This document shows, in pieces, positions 8,935 to 17,704 of a stretch of 32,000 nt of DNA; the stretch's first letter is position 1; every line of letters begins with the position of its first letter. Source of the stretch: Paramicrosporidium saccamoebae KSL3. Its lineage: Eukaryota; Fungi; Cryptomycota. A model generated the notes under the pieces. That model ran no database searches. It saw only the letters and a program-made list of their open reading frames with translations, and was not told the origin of the DNA. The stretch is from positions 5,205-37,204 of the forward strand of contig MTSL01000179.1 in assembly GCA_002794465.1 (NCBI GenBank), written 5' to 3'. Position numbers and translations under genes: made by a program.

Positions 8935-9731
8935 TTAATTATCAGGATCATCTGTTGATTGCTTTCCGGCCCACAATATGTAACGAGTCAACACATTGGC
9001 AAGCGACTTGATCACTACGACTGCCTCGTTGGCTAGTAAAACAATTCTAGAATTCTGACCAAGCTCGCCTTCCTCAGTGAATCTGCCAGGCAACGATAAC
9101 AGAAACGTTTTTAAAGCTTGCTGACCGGGCAGAGGGAGGACATATCCATTATTGTTGACGAGATCAACAACATTCCTAAGTGTCTGAACAACTTCCTTGG
9201 CAACGACTTCCCGGAGGTGCTGCACTCTAGCCATTGCCTGCACCTCTCTCGCTTGGACCGATTCACTCCATGTCTCCAGTCGCTCAGACACTCCTTCCTG
9301 GGCTCCTGCTACCGCGTTTCGCAGCCTCCCCAACAAAAAGTCAATATATGTTTCTGCATTATTTAGTCCCTGCAGAGTTCCTTCCATTTTGCGACGCATC
9401 TCAGCGGTGGGGACATAGGCGTTTTCAAGTCGTTCCAACTGGCGTCCAGCATAGCCATCGATGGTCTTTAGTTGTGGCTCAAAAGTTTCAGTGACCAAAC
9501 GCATTGAATATTCCACAGTACTGGCCCCCATTTGTACCAGACGGGAGCTGTCTTTTCCAGAGGCGTACACACGGGACAAGTGGTCCAAAGTCGAGGTGAC
9601 TAGTGCATATTCTGATAGTCTGCCAACTAGACCCGCAGAAACACCAGTGTCGGGAGCCACACTGGTCTCAGTCGCCTCGACTGATACCATGACCATCAAT
9701 ACCACCTACCCCGTCCACCCCCACAGGACAT
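8935..9731 (-). CDS. OPI1: Opi1-family transcriptional repressor (compact; probable 29-nt intron 9681-9709 after a 22-nt first exon)
   Basis: N-terminal block YASGKDSSRLVQMGASTVE...IDGYAGRQLERL and C-terminal block EVVQTLRNVVDLV...LP...KTFLLSLPGRF...RIVLLANEA match both conserved Opi1 regions. GTAGGT..TCAG intron puts ATG 9731 in frame; alternative ATGs lie at 9696 and 9690. Confidence 0.75.
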
Positions 9732-9736
9732 TGGAG

Positions 9737-9758
9737 CATGTGAAAATGGAATCACATG
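9737..9758. promoter_or_regulatory. Inverted pair of CATGTG E-boxes including a perfect ICRE/UAS-INO consensus upstream of OPI1
   Basis: CATGTGAAAA (9737-9746) equals TTTTCACATG on the minus strand, a 10/10 match to WYTTCAYRTG. A second TCACATG at 9752-9758 forms a 7-bp inverted repeat with an 8-nt spacer. Confidence 0.5.
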
Positions 9759-9984
9759 ATTTAACAATTATTTTAATAAAATATTATGTAAAAAGTACCC
9801 GTCCAATATTAATAGTCCCAATCCAGATATCCACCCCAACAAGCTAGATTTGCCCGAGGGTGGCCACCTATTAATGCGCGAGAATATTTATTTCTTAGAA
9901 GCGTCTTGATAGGCCACCGTCCTCATCTCCGCACACTAGTTATAGGATAACTATCAGGATTACCCTCACTACGCAACAGTTTAA

Positions 9985-10029
9985 TAGACCCTTTATTGGA
10001 ATCCGTGTTCCGTATATATACTCTTCACA
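9985..10029 (+). repeat. Family A element, copy 3
   Basis: TAGACCCTTTATTGGAATCCGTGTTCCGTATATATACTCTTCACA; ends 8 bp from the eIF2-gamma stop codon. Confidence 0.7.
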
Positions 10030-10036
10030 CTTGACA

Positions 10037-11483
10037 TTATCTTTGCGGGATCTCCAAATCAACCACCGCCCCGCGAGTAATCTTTCCCCACCCAATCAGA
10101 CGCCAATGGTTGTCGATACGTCGACTAAGGGCAATCTTTTCGCCAATCTCTGTGCAGGTGGGCTTGTTGAGGAGGATTTTGGCCATGTCGCCTTTGACAG
10201 CAAGCACTTTGCCGCCTGTGCAGGTGGAGCCAATATTGACCATGAGCGTCTCAGCTTTGGCAAGACGCTGCACCTTGAGATCTTCTCGAGTGTCTGCCCG
10301 CACTCCGAGGAGACGACGGAGGAGGAAATAATTAATCTCCACTTCGGAGTAGACGGGCGGCAGATGACCCACGGCTCCCAACACTTGACCAACAAGACGA
10401 TCGGCACGACAAAGAGTCGGATCAATCTTTGTGCCCACTCCAATCAAACCGCCAGGCACTGCAAAGGGAAGGTCATTGGCCTCGGCAAATAGAGAAACGA
10501 CGCGGGTAAAGATGGGACGACATACTGATTTTCCCTCCTCATTCTTCACAATAATACCCGGCCGCACTTCCACCTCATCACCAATCTTGAGCACTCCACA
10601 GAGGATACTGCCACCGGCAACTCCGCCCTTTAGATCCTGCACCTCGGAACCCGGCTTGTTGACGTCAAAGGAGCGGATCACAATCATCTTGGGCGGCACC
10701 GAGAAATCGCGTGGCGGTACGGGAATCTTCTTGACAATATACTCACAAACGGCGTCAATGTTGTACTTTAGCTGTCCCGAAATGGGAATAATGGGCGCAG
10801 ACTCGGCAGCTGTGCCACGGACAAAATCTGTAATGTTCTTGTGCTGCTCTTCAGCCACCGTTTCTCGCACCAAATCAATCTTGTTCTGCAAAATGAGAAT
10901 ATTCTTCAACTTCATAATCTCGACGGCGGCCAAATGTTCCGAAGTCTGTGGCTGTGGACAGGGCTCGTTGGCAGCGATCAGCAAAAGTGCGGCATCCATT
11001 ACCGCAGCGCCGTTCAACATGGTGGCCATCAGAATATCGTGGCCAGGGCAATCCACAAAGGAAATGTGTCTGCAATGTCAAGTATCAAGGACTGAGCGCT
11101 TACCTTAGCAATTGCATGCTGCCCCCACAGCCAGAACGCTCGCAGGGAAACGTCACCGGCTTGTCGCTTTTGTACGACCGATAGCATCCCGGACGGGGAC
11201 ACGCATTATTGTCACACTTGTAAATCTTGGCATTTGCATATCCAAGTTTGATGGTGATATTCCTCTCCAGTTCGTTCTTGAAACGCACCGTCTGAACACC
11301 CGAAATTGCCTTTACCACCGTAGACTTTCCATGGGCTACATGGCCAATAGTTCCTACAAGTTTAATAGTCACAGACGTCCATGTACCGATATTAATGGTG
11401 GCCTGGCGTTGGATAACTTCTGGCGAGAGGGCCGTCAGTTCATTGAGGTTCACCGAGGCGAGGGAGGAGGAGAGACTGTCCAT
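10037..11483 (-). CDS. GCD11: Translation initiation factor eIF2 gamma subunit; introns 11354-11386 (33 nt) and 11070-11103 (34 nt)
   Basis: QATINIG|[54 protein letters not shown] and HWRLIGWG are diagnostic. Both introns are GT-AG and restore the canonical sequence. Confidence 0.97.
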
Positions 11484-11668
11484 GGAATTTGGCAGTTCTG
11501 GACAAAACTTGAGCAGCCGGGGGTAGTCAAAGACGGAGGCTGTCAGTGGGGCAGTCTGCTTATTCACAGTACAGAATCCTTAAGGGCTCTGACACTACTG
11601 ATTGGTCAATATCGATCCCGGTTATATAGTATCCCGGTCGACTAAAGCAACCTTTCCTCAGTCGGTGA

Positions 11669-12190
11669 ATGCCGCCCAAACCCAAGAAAGACGCGGCAGA
11701 CACTTTTGGTGAGATGACATCCAACTCTAAAAATGAATCTGCAGCCCAAGTCGAAACAGAGACAGCAGTAGAGAGCAGAGAAAATGCGACTGGATATACA
11801 GTGGCAGGTCCTTCTACTTCCACGACCACACAATACTACACACCCGCTCAGTTCCTATCAAGCGGATATCATGCGCCGCATACGGCACATGCACCAACAT
11901 CTGGTGGCTATTCAGTGCCGCTAGCAGATTCCGACTATGCAACGTTTATGGCCCAGCACGGCGGACAGGTCGCTCCTCACGTAGTCTATGAAGCCAAACG
12001 AGCCACTCGTCAGATGGCCCACTATTTCGACGTTAGCCAATACAAGACGCAACTGGATCAGGGCACTGCTCCTGTTCCACCCGACCCCTCCACCCTCCCA
12101 AAACGACGGCCTACTAAAAAGGAGCTCGAGCAATTCAGGAAACGCAAGGAAGAACGCAAAAGGATACGTAACCGTTGGTTATTTGAATGA
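11669..12190 (+). CDS. Hypothetical basic-tailed, probably nuclear protein
   Basis: 173-aa ATG ORF. C-terminal RATRQMAHYFD...RRPTKKELEQFRKRKEERKRIRNRWL resembles a tail I associate with some fungal WW-domain proteins, but no WW domain is seen here. Confidence 0.7.
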   Translation: MPPKPKKDAADTFGEMTSNSKNESAAQVETETAVESRENATGYTVAGPSTSTTTQYYTPAQFLSSGYHAPHTAHAPTSGGYSVPLADSDYATFMAQHGGQVAPHVVYEAKRATRQMAHYFDVSQYKTQLDQGTAPVPPDPSTLPKRRPTKKELEQFRKRKEERKRIRNRWLFE

Positions 12191-12243
12191 ATCATTTCCA
12201 TTGGTCAATTGCCCCATAAATGGGACGATAACAAACAGCCGCC

Positions 12244-13503
12244 ATGGCGCCGCGTTTCCTTGATCGTCTGACCCAGAAACAGCGTCGGCCCAGCCGAATC
12301 CATCCCAAAAATGAGCCAACCCGCGATGATTCTGCACCCACCGTGCCCATCACACCGTGTGCCTTGGACAAGCACATTGAAGCACCGCTGCAGAGGAAGC
12401 GTAAGCTTATTACGAGTATCAACGGAGCAGTGAAGCGGGTGATGACTGGCTTTAAGAAGCTGACAATGCGAGATGTAGACTTGTCTATTGTGCATTCGGT
12501 AACATTCGAGCCGACAGTAGAGATGGTCACGACCCCAGAGCAGGAACTGAGATATCGGGCATTGAGACTCGATGAAATGTTTGGTCAGTTTTTAAGACAG
12601 TGCAGAGAGTTGACAGCCGCACAGGCTGAGCATATCTCTATCCCACCAGAACTTTTACAGGAAATGGCCTCGTATACAAAGCTCCTCCAGACTTGGTATC
12701 TAAAGGATGTACAGCCAGAAGTGGAACATGACCAACAAGATGAAAGCGACAAAGAGTGCCAATCCGAGGTGACTGACGCTGTCTGCTCATCAGATATTGC
12801 GGCCAATTCCACGACTATCCTTGACGCTACCACGGCCTCATCAGTAAACGAGTTTATTGATCTGTCTTATCAGGCAAAGGCGGCTCTGACAGAAATTGAA
12901 AAAGGAACTGTTGAAGCGGTCGAGAATAGCGATGAAGCCAACGATGTGACAATTGAGAATAGCGATCAAGCCAACGGTGTGGCAATTGAGAATGCCGATG
13001 AAGCCAACGGTGGGACGATTGAGAATGCCGATGAAACAAACAAAAAAGATGAAACGTTAGATACCGTGATGCATATTCTAGTCGAGGCCCCACAAGCCAT
13101 ATACATGCCCGAAGAACCTCTGGTATCAGAGGCCGATGTTATCTGCCAAGACGAGGTTATTTCTGTCATTCCCAAATCTCTGGTTCCAAATGATTCCATG
13201 CCAAGCCTGACTGGTCTGTTTGAAAAGCACAATTTTTCTAGTACTGAAGCTATTGATACTCTCTGTGACCTCGCCAATTCCAGGGCCATTCTCAGTGATC
13301 GTTCTGTTAGTACCGACATTTCGGACATTGGGATCCTCAGTGACCGCTCTGAAAATGCCAGTCTGACTTCAGTGCAACAGCGAACCAGTCGCTCCTCTTT
13401 TGCAAGCAACAGCAGCCGGCGTCGCATGGACCCGCATATCGCTTACATTGTGTCCCTATACGAAAGCATCCACACTCTTGTGGCCGACTCGGACTCTGAA
13501 TAG
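12244..13503 (+). CDS. Lineage-specific acidic/low-complexity hypothetical protein
   Basis: 419-aa open ATG ORF starting 53 bp after the previous stop; basic N-terminus, acidic centre, Ser-rich tail; no recognisable domain. Confidence 0.7.
   Translation: MAPRFLDRLTQKQRRPSRIHPKNEPTRDDSAPTVPITPCALDKHIEAPLQRKRKLITSINGAVKRVMTGFKKLTMRDVDLSIVHSVTFEPTVEMVTTPEQELRYRALRLDEMFGQFLRQCRELTAAQAEHISIPPELLQEMASYTKLLQTWYLKDVQPEVEHDQQDESDKECQSEVTDAVCSSDIAANSTTILDATTASSVNEFIDLSYQAKAALTEIEKGTVEAVENSDEANDVTIENSDQANGVAIENADEANGGTIENADETNKKDETLDTVMHILVEAPQAIYMPEEPLVSEADVICQDEVISVIPKSLVPNDSMPSLTGLFEKHNFSSTEAIDTLCDLANSRAILSDRSVSTDISDIGILSDRSENASLTSVQQRTSRSSFASNSSRRRMDPHIAYIVSLYESIHTLVADSDSE
12919..13041 (+). repeat. 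Coding tandem repeat, 33-bp unit x ~3.7
   Basis: VENSDEANDVT / IENSDQANGVA / IENADEANGGT / IENADETN. Confidence 0.9.
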
Positions 13504-13547
13504 ATGCTAATGTAGGAGCTGATGAATAGAATTCCGTCTTTATACAA

Positions 13548-13727
13548 TCATTGAGATCTCTTTAGATTTTCTTCAAGATTTCGCACAGCCTCCTCCCGTC
13601 GCCTTGTCAAAATGTCGCGTCGGCACATGAAAAATAGTACAGCACCGCTGCCCAACATTATTGCCCTACAGGTCATTGCACTGTGTATCAAATACCAAGG
13701 GATAAAAACTTCTTTCGGAGAAGACAT
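13548..13727 (-). CDS. Microprotein absent from the ORF track (49 aa spliced via 30-nt intron 13666-13695; 59 aa unspliced); DUF4748-like single-helix protein
   Basis: ATG 13727 to TGA 13548. Splicing GTATTT..AATGAC.CTGTAG gives MSSPKEVFIPWAIMLGSGAVLFFMCRRDILTRRREEAVRNLEENLKRSQ. Confidence 0.55.
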   Translation of the reverse strand: MSSPKEVFIPWYLIHSAMTCRAIMLGSGAVLFFMCRRDILTRRREEAVRNLEENLKRSQ

Positions 13728-13862
13728 GTTCTCCTAACTCTTAACTCTTGGCTTTTGACTGGCTCTCCTAGAACTTGTGAAGAAACGATCGAAAACGAAT
13801 GAAAAAATATTTATGCTCCTTTCCTTGTCAATCTCAGGCTTGTTGGGGCCAATTTCGCCGAA

Positions 13863-15692
13863 ATGGGACGCAAGCGCGCCCGCTCTTCCGGCAAAGAAAA
13901 AGTGTCCGATTCATTACCAAATGATACTGTGATTGATACGGAGACTCTCGCCGGCGTGGAGGAGCCATTGTTGGCTGGCACAGAAGGGCGCAAGACTTAC
14001 AAACACCCATACACTGTTGCTGGCGTGGAAGAGTATGGAACTCGCAAACACTCGCGCACACTCTCTGGAGTCGAGGAACCATTGCTGGTTGGTGCAGAAG
14101 AACACAAGGCTCGCAAATATCCGTACACGATATTCTTTATTATTGGCAATGAGTTTTGCGAGCGTTTCTCCTTCTACGGCATGAAGGCCATCCTCCCCAT
14201 CTATCTCACTTCCTACCTCGGGTTTCACGAATCCCACGCGACCACCATCATCCACACATTCAATTTCAGCGCCTACTTCTTTTCCCTTTTCGGAGGCATT
14301 CTCAGTGACAATTGGTTGGGAAAGTTCAAGACAATTCTGTACCTGTCCCTGGTGTATTGTGTGGGAAATGCAGTCATGTCAGTAACGGCGCTGCCTGGCG
14401 TTACGGGTATACCGCCTAATTGGTGGGGGATGGCGTTGGGGCTTTTGTTAATTGGAATCGGAACGGGCGGCATTAAGCCTTGCGTGGCATCATTCGGGGG
14501 AGACCAGTTTGAGCCGCATCAGAGCAAGGAATTGTCAGTGTTCTTTGCCGTATTCTACTTTGCCATCAATGCGGGATCAATGTTGTCCATGTTCCTGACG
14601 CCGCTACTTCGCAACAATGTCCACTGTTTTGGACAGCAGAGCTGCTATCCATTGGCATTTGGAGTACCAGCGGTGCTAATGTTTGTCGCATTGGTCGTAT
14701 TTGTGGCAGGGAGTGCATTGTACAAAAAGGAGCCGTCACGAAATAACGTCGTACTAATGTTTTTCTCTCTTCTTGGCACCGCTATTTTCAGAAAAATCAA
14801 GTCCATCTTTAAGAGTAATGATGACCGACACTACCCTTACTGGCTCTACTGCGCAGCTGACAAGTATGAGGCATCATTCATTGAAGATGCTCGCCGAGTG
14901 CTGACAGTGTTTCTTGTGTTTTCTCCAGTCTGTTTCTTCTGGGCGCTGTACGATCAGCAAGGATCCTGGTGGGTCTATCAAGCCGTCATGATGAAGAACA
15001 AGATGCACATTGCAGGTTGGAATGTGACCATCCTCCCAGAACAGATGGGACTATCCAATGCTGTGCTCATTTTAGTTCTCATTCCCGTGTTCAGCAAATT
15101 CCTGTACCCAAGCTTTGATCGAATAGGCAGGCCGATTAAGGCACTTTATCGGATTGGCTTGGGAATGGGCTTGGCCCTTGTCTCTTTCGTAATGGCAGCA
15201 ATCCTACAGTTTATAATAGTCGCACGCGGAACCTTTGATGTATCGCCCACCGATCCCACTGTGCAAGTATGTGTCTCGGGATGCGTCAACATTTTTTGGC
15301 AGCTCCCACAGTACTTTATCATCACGTGTGCCGAAGTCTTTCTCTCCGTCACAGGACTCGAGTTTGCCTACTCGCAAGCCCCCGCCAGCATGAAATCTGT
15401 TTGTCAGGCCGGCTGGCTACTCACTGTTGCTGGTGGAAATCTGATTGTAATTATTGTGACCCTAATCGATCCAATTAGCTGGTTCGGTCCTAAAAATGCA
15501 ATGGCCTGGAACTTCTGTCTCTGGACCGTCATTATGGCAGCCGGGACCTTTATCTTCGCCGGTCTGGCCTGTGGATACAAGTATCGGGAGGATGCAAACG
15601 AAACTGGTAGGGAGGAAGAGTACCTACCACTGGCGGCCACCAACTCCCAATTGAGTATCCAGTCAGATACTCCGTTAATTGTAAAAAAATAG
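13863..15692 (+). CDS. PTR2: Proton-dependent oligopeptide transporter (POT/PTR, SLC15A1/PepT-like)
   Basis: EFCERFSFYGMK (ExxERF), GTGGIKPCV, FGGDQF, FYFAINAGS and GLEFAYSQAPASMKSVCQAGWLL motifs; about 12 hydrophobic segments; intronless. Confidence 0.93.
   Translation: MGRKRARSSGKEKVSDSLPNDTVIDTETLAGVEEPLLAGTEGRKTYKHPYTVAGVEEYGTRKHSRTLSGVEEPLLVGAEEHKARKYPYTIFFIIGNEFCERFSFYGMKAILPIYLTSYLGFHESHATTIIHTFNFSAYFFSLFGGILSDNWLGKFKTILYLSLVYCVGNAVMSVTALPGVTGIPPNWWGMALGLLLIGIGTGGIKPCVASFGGDQFEPHQSKELSVFFAVFYFAINAGSMLSMFLTPLLRNNVHCFGQQSCYPLAFGVPAVLMFVALVVFVAGSALYKKEPSRNNVVLMFFSLLGTAIFRKIKSIFKSNDDRHYPYWLYCAADKYEASFIEDARRVLTVFLVFSPVCFFWALYDQQGSWWVYQAVMMKNKMHIAGWNVTILPEQMGLSNAVLILVLIPVFSKFLYPSFDRIGRPIKALYRIGLGMGLALVSFVMAAILQFIIVARGTFDVSPTDPTVQVCVSGCVNIFWQLPQYFIITCAEVFLSVTGLEFAYSQAPASMKSVCQAGWLLTVAGGNLIVIIVTLIDPISWFGPKNAMAWNFCLWTVIMAAGTFIFAGLACGYKYREDANETGREEEYLPLAATNSQLSIQSDTPLIVKK
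13944..14126 (+). repeat. Coding imperfect tandem repeat in the transporter N-terminus (23 aa + 15 aa + 23 aa)
   Basis: TLAGVEEPLLAGTEGRKTYKHPY / TVAGVEEYGTRKHSR / TLSGVEEPLLVGAEEHKARKYPY. Confidence 0.85.
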
Positions 15693-15727
15693 TTAATCTC
15701 GTGATAAAGTGCCGCATTAATGCATAA

Positions 15728-16132
15728 CTAATGTTTATGATTTCCTAAGAGGCCTTGCCGAACAGCCTCTCTTAGACGCTCATTCTCCCTCCTCAGTCCC
15801 TCAATGGACTCGTTGGCCATGCCCAGTAGTCGTGCCTGGCTACATCTTCCTGCACCCACCAGTTCCGCCATCCGAGCCAGCTCGTCTTTTATCTTCCCGC
15901 GACGCTTGTGTTCACTAGCGACGTGTCGCTCGCGGCGTTCTTGTTCGTCCAGACGCGGTGTAAGTGTACAGAGAAACTTTTCAATATAATCCAACTCCCG
16001 GAGGTCGAGTAAACGCGGTCCCTCTGCAGTGTGGTGTGGCATGGTCGCTGATGGCGCATCTATAGTAGGCAGTTCAGCTAAAAGAGAACCGTTAAAGCCG
16101 CAGAGATCCGTAATAGGACCGTCATCCGGCAT
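15728..16132 (-). CDS. Small bHLH transcription factor, Ino2-like (with putative Opi1-interaction motif)
   Basis: Basic region RRERHVASEHKRR (H-E-R class-B E-box signature), then helix-loop-helix and short zipper ANESIEGLRRENERL. Upstream LLDLRELDYIEKFLCTL resembles the Ino2 repressor-interaction domain. Confidence 0.8.
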   Translation of the reverse strand: MPDDGPITDLCGFNGSLLAELPTIDAPSATMPHHTAEGPRLLDLRELDYIEKFLCTLTPRLDEQERRERHVASEHKRRGKIKDELARMAELVGAGRCSQARLLGMANESIEGLRRENERLREAVRQGLLGNHKH

Positions 16133-16653
16133 AACACGGCTTTAATATTTTATTACATTTACCGTAACCTGGATGGAGTGCATCAGTCCCGTTGCTGTAT
16201 AGTGGGGCCGCCTTGTTGATATGTGGTGATCAATCAGTGCTTTACACTGTAACAGATCAGTTTGAGATAGAGATCAAATAGGGGATATGATCATATCTGT
16301 AGGGTGTTATATCGTCATAGAACAACTGGTGTCGACCGTGAAGGTAAAAAGGCAAGCATTGTGCAACATGGACGGGAATATTATTAAATTTGGGGGTTAA
16401 AAATACGGGCACAAAAACTGGCATTGGCTGATGTAGATATATTTCTCCAACTAGTCATCTTTGCTAATTTACTAGTCAATTTCTCCCTTACTCTGTAACA
16501 TCCCCCCTCACAAACATTTAGCAACTTTAGACGGCGTTGTGAGCATAGTGGTTGCCAGTCCAGAGTCATAGTTATTTCTAAATCTGTCTCTATTGGGCAT
16601 AATTACAATCGATTGGGCCTATAATTGAACCCTGCGGATGCCTACCTCAGCAG

Positions 16654-17685
16654 ATGCAGCTTTATGGCTTTCTATGTCTCGCACTGTGCGTTCAGTGCAG
16701 CGTATCTAATGGTGGTCCAAGGAACACGGACTATTCTCGACTTGGCATGGAGGAACTGCTGCTGCTTCCAAAGACAATGCTGCTAGATAGCAATGGCCAG
16801 TATATTCCCATCTATCCACAGTGGGGATCGCAGCAATGCTCTGCAAATCTTTTCCACATGGAAAGCCCTTTGGGGAGAGGCGGCAATGCAGTGGTAGTCC
16901 GTGCTCAACACCGCGACAATGGCAAAACGGTGGCGATCAAGATTTTCACCGTTGATGATTCTGAGGATAATGTCGGTCTAATTGAGGCTATTCGGACGGA
17001 GGAAGTACTGTTGGCGTTGCTCGATGATCCAAGGTTCCCGAAGCTGTGGTGTAGCTTCAAAGAGGGACAACAGGTATTTTTGGTGATGCAATATCTCGAC
17101 GGCGTCAATTTGTTCACCGAACTCTGTAGTACACCCGTCCCGTTCCGGCTTAATTTCACCATAAGAGTCATGGCAGAGATAGTTGAAGCACTGGAATTCT
17201 TGCATCGTCGCCACATCATCCACCGGGATGTCAAGCTGGAAAATATAATTGTAACACAGGATGGCCATGTGTATCTGATTGATATGGAGCATGCTGTGTA
17301 TGCACCCGATGGTGCAACTCTGCCAGCAGGGACATCTTGCAACATGGCACCGGAGATGTGGGAGTCAAAAGGGTACGATGACGGAGTGGACATGTGGGCA
17401 CTGGGATTGGCACTCTATGAGATGACCACTCTCCGACATCCGTTTCAAAATTACCTCTCCTCAAATGATAGACTGTTTGAGGCTATAAGCCGAGGCGTGC
17501 CTGCTACTGGCGAGCCTAATGTTGACCGTTTGCTAAAAAGATTATGCAGCTTGAACCCGGCGGAAAGGTGGTCATTTGCGAATAAGAATCTGGATTTAAT
17601 CAAACTACAATTACATACCATGATAGCATACTCTGAGTTAACGGATTCTACCATAGGATCCGTATCTGAACTGACAGACTGGTAG
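16654..17685 (+). CDS. Putative secreted Ser/Thr protein kinase (AGC-like, DFG replaced by DME)
   Basis: Signal-peptide-like MQLYGFLCLALCVQCSVS; GRGGNA loop, VAIK, HRDVKLEN, IDMEH, MAPE, DMWALG. Confidence 0.85.
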   Translation: MQLYGFLCLALCVQCSVSNGGPRNTDYSRLGMEELLLLPKTMLLDSNGQYIPIYPQWGSQQCSANLFHMESPLGRGGNAVVVRAQHRDNGKTVAIKIFTVDDSEDNVGLIEAIRTEEVLLALLDDPRFPKLWCSFKEGQQVFLVMQYLDGVNLFTELCSTPVPFRLNFTIRVMAEIVEALEFLHRRHIIHRDVKLENIIVTQDGHVYLIDMEHAVYAPDGATLPAGTSCNMAPEMWESKGYDDGVDMWALGLALYEMTTLRHPFQNYLSSNDRLFEAISRGVPATGEPNVDRLLKRLCSLNPAERWSFANKNLDLIKLQLHTMIAYSELTDSTIGSVSELTDW

Positions 17686-17704
17686 TTATAAAACGTATTA
17701 CTAG

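Noticed and set aside
8935-9705. Perilipin (PAT-domain) assignment for the 256-aa ORF
   Set aside because: The N-terminal block is compatible with both families, but the C-terminal V..TLR.VV..V...LP......F.LSLP.RF...RI..LA.E block is Opi1-specific to my knowledge.
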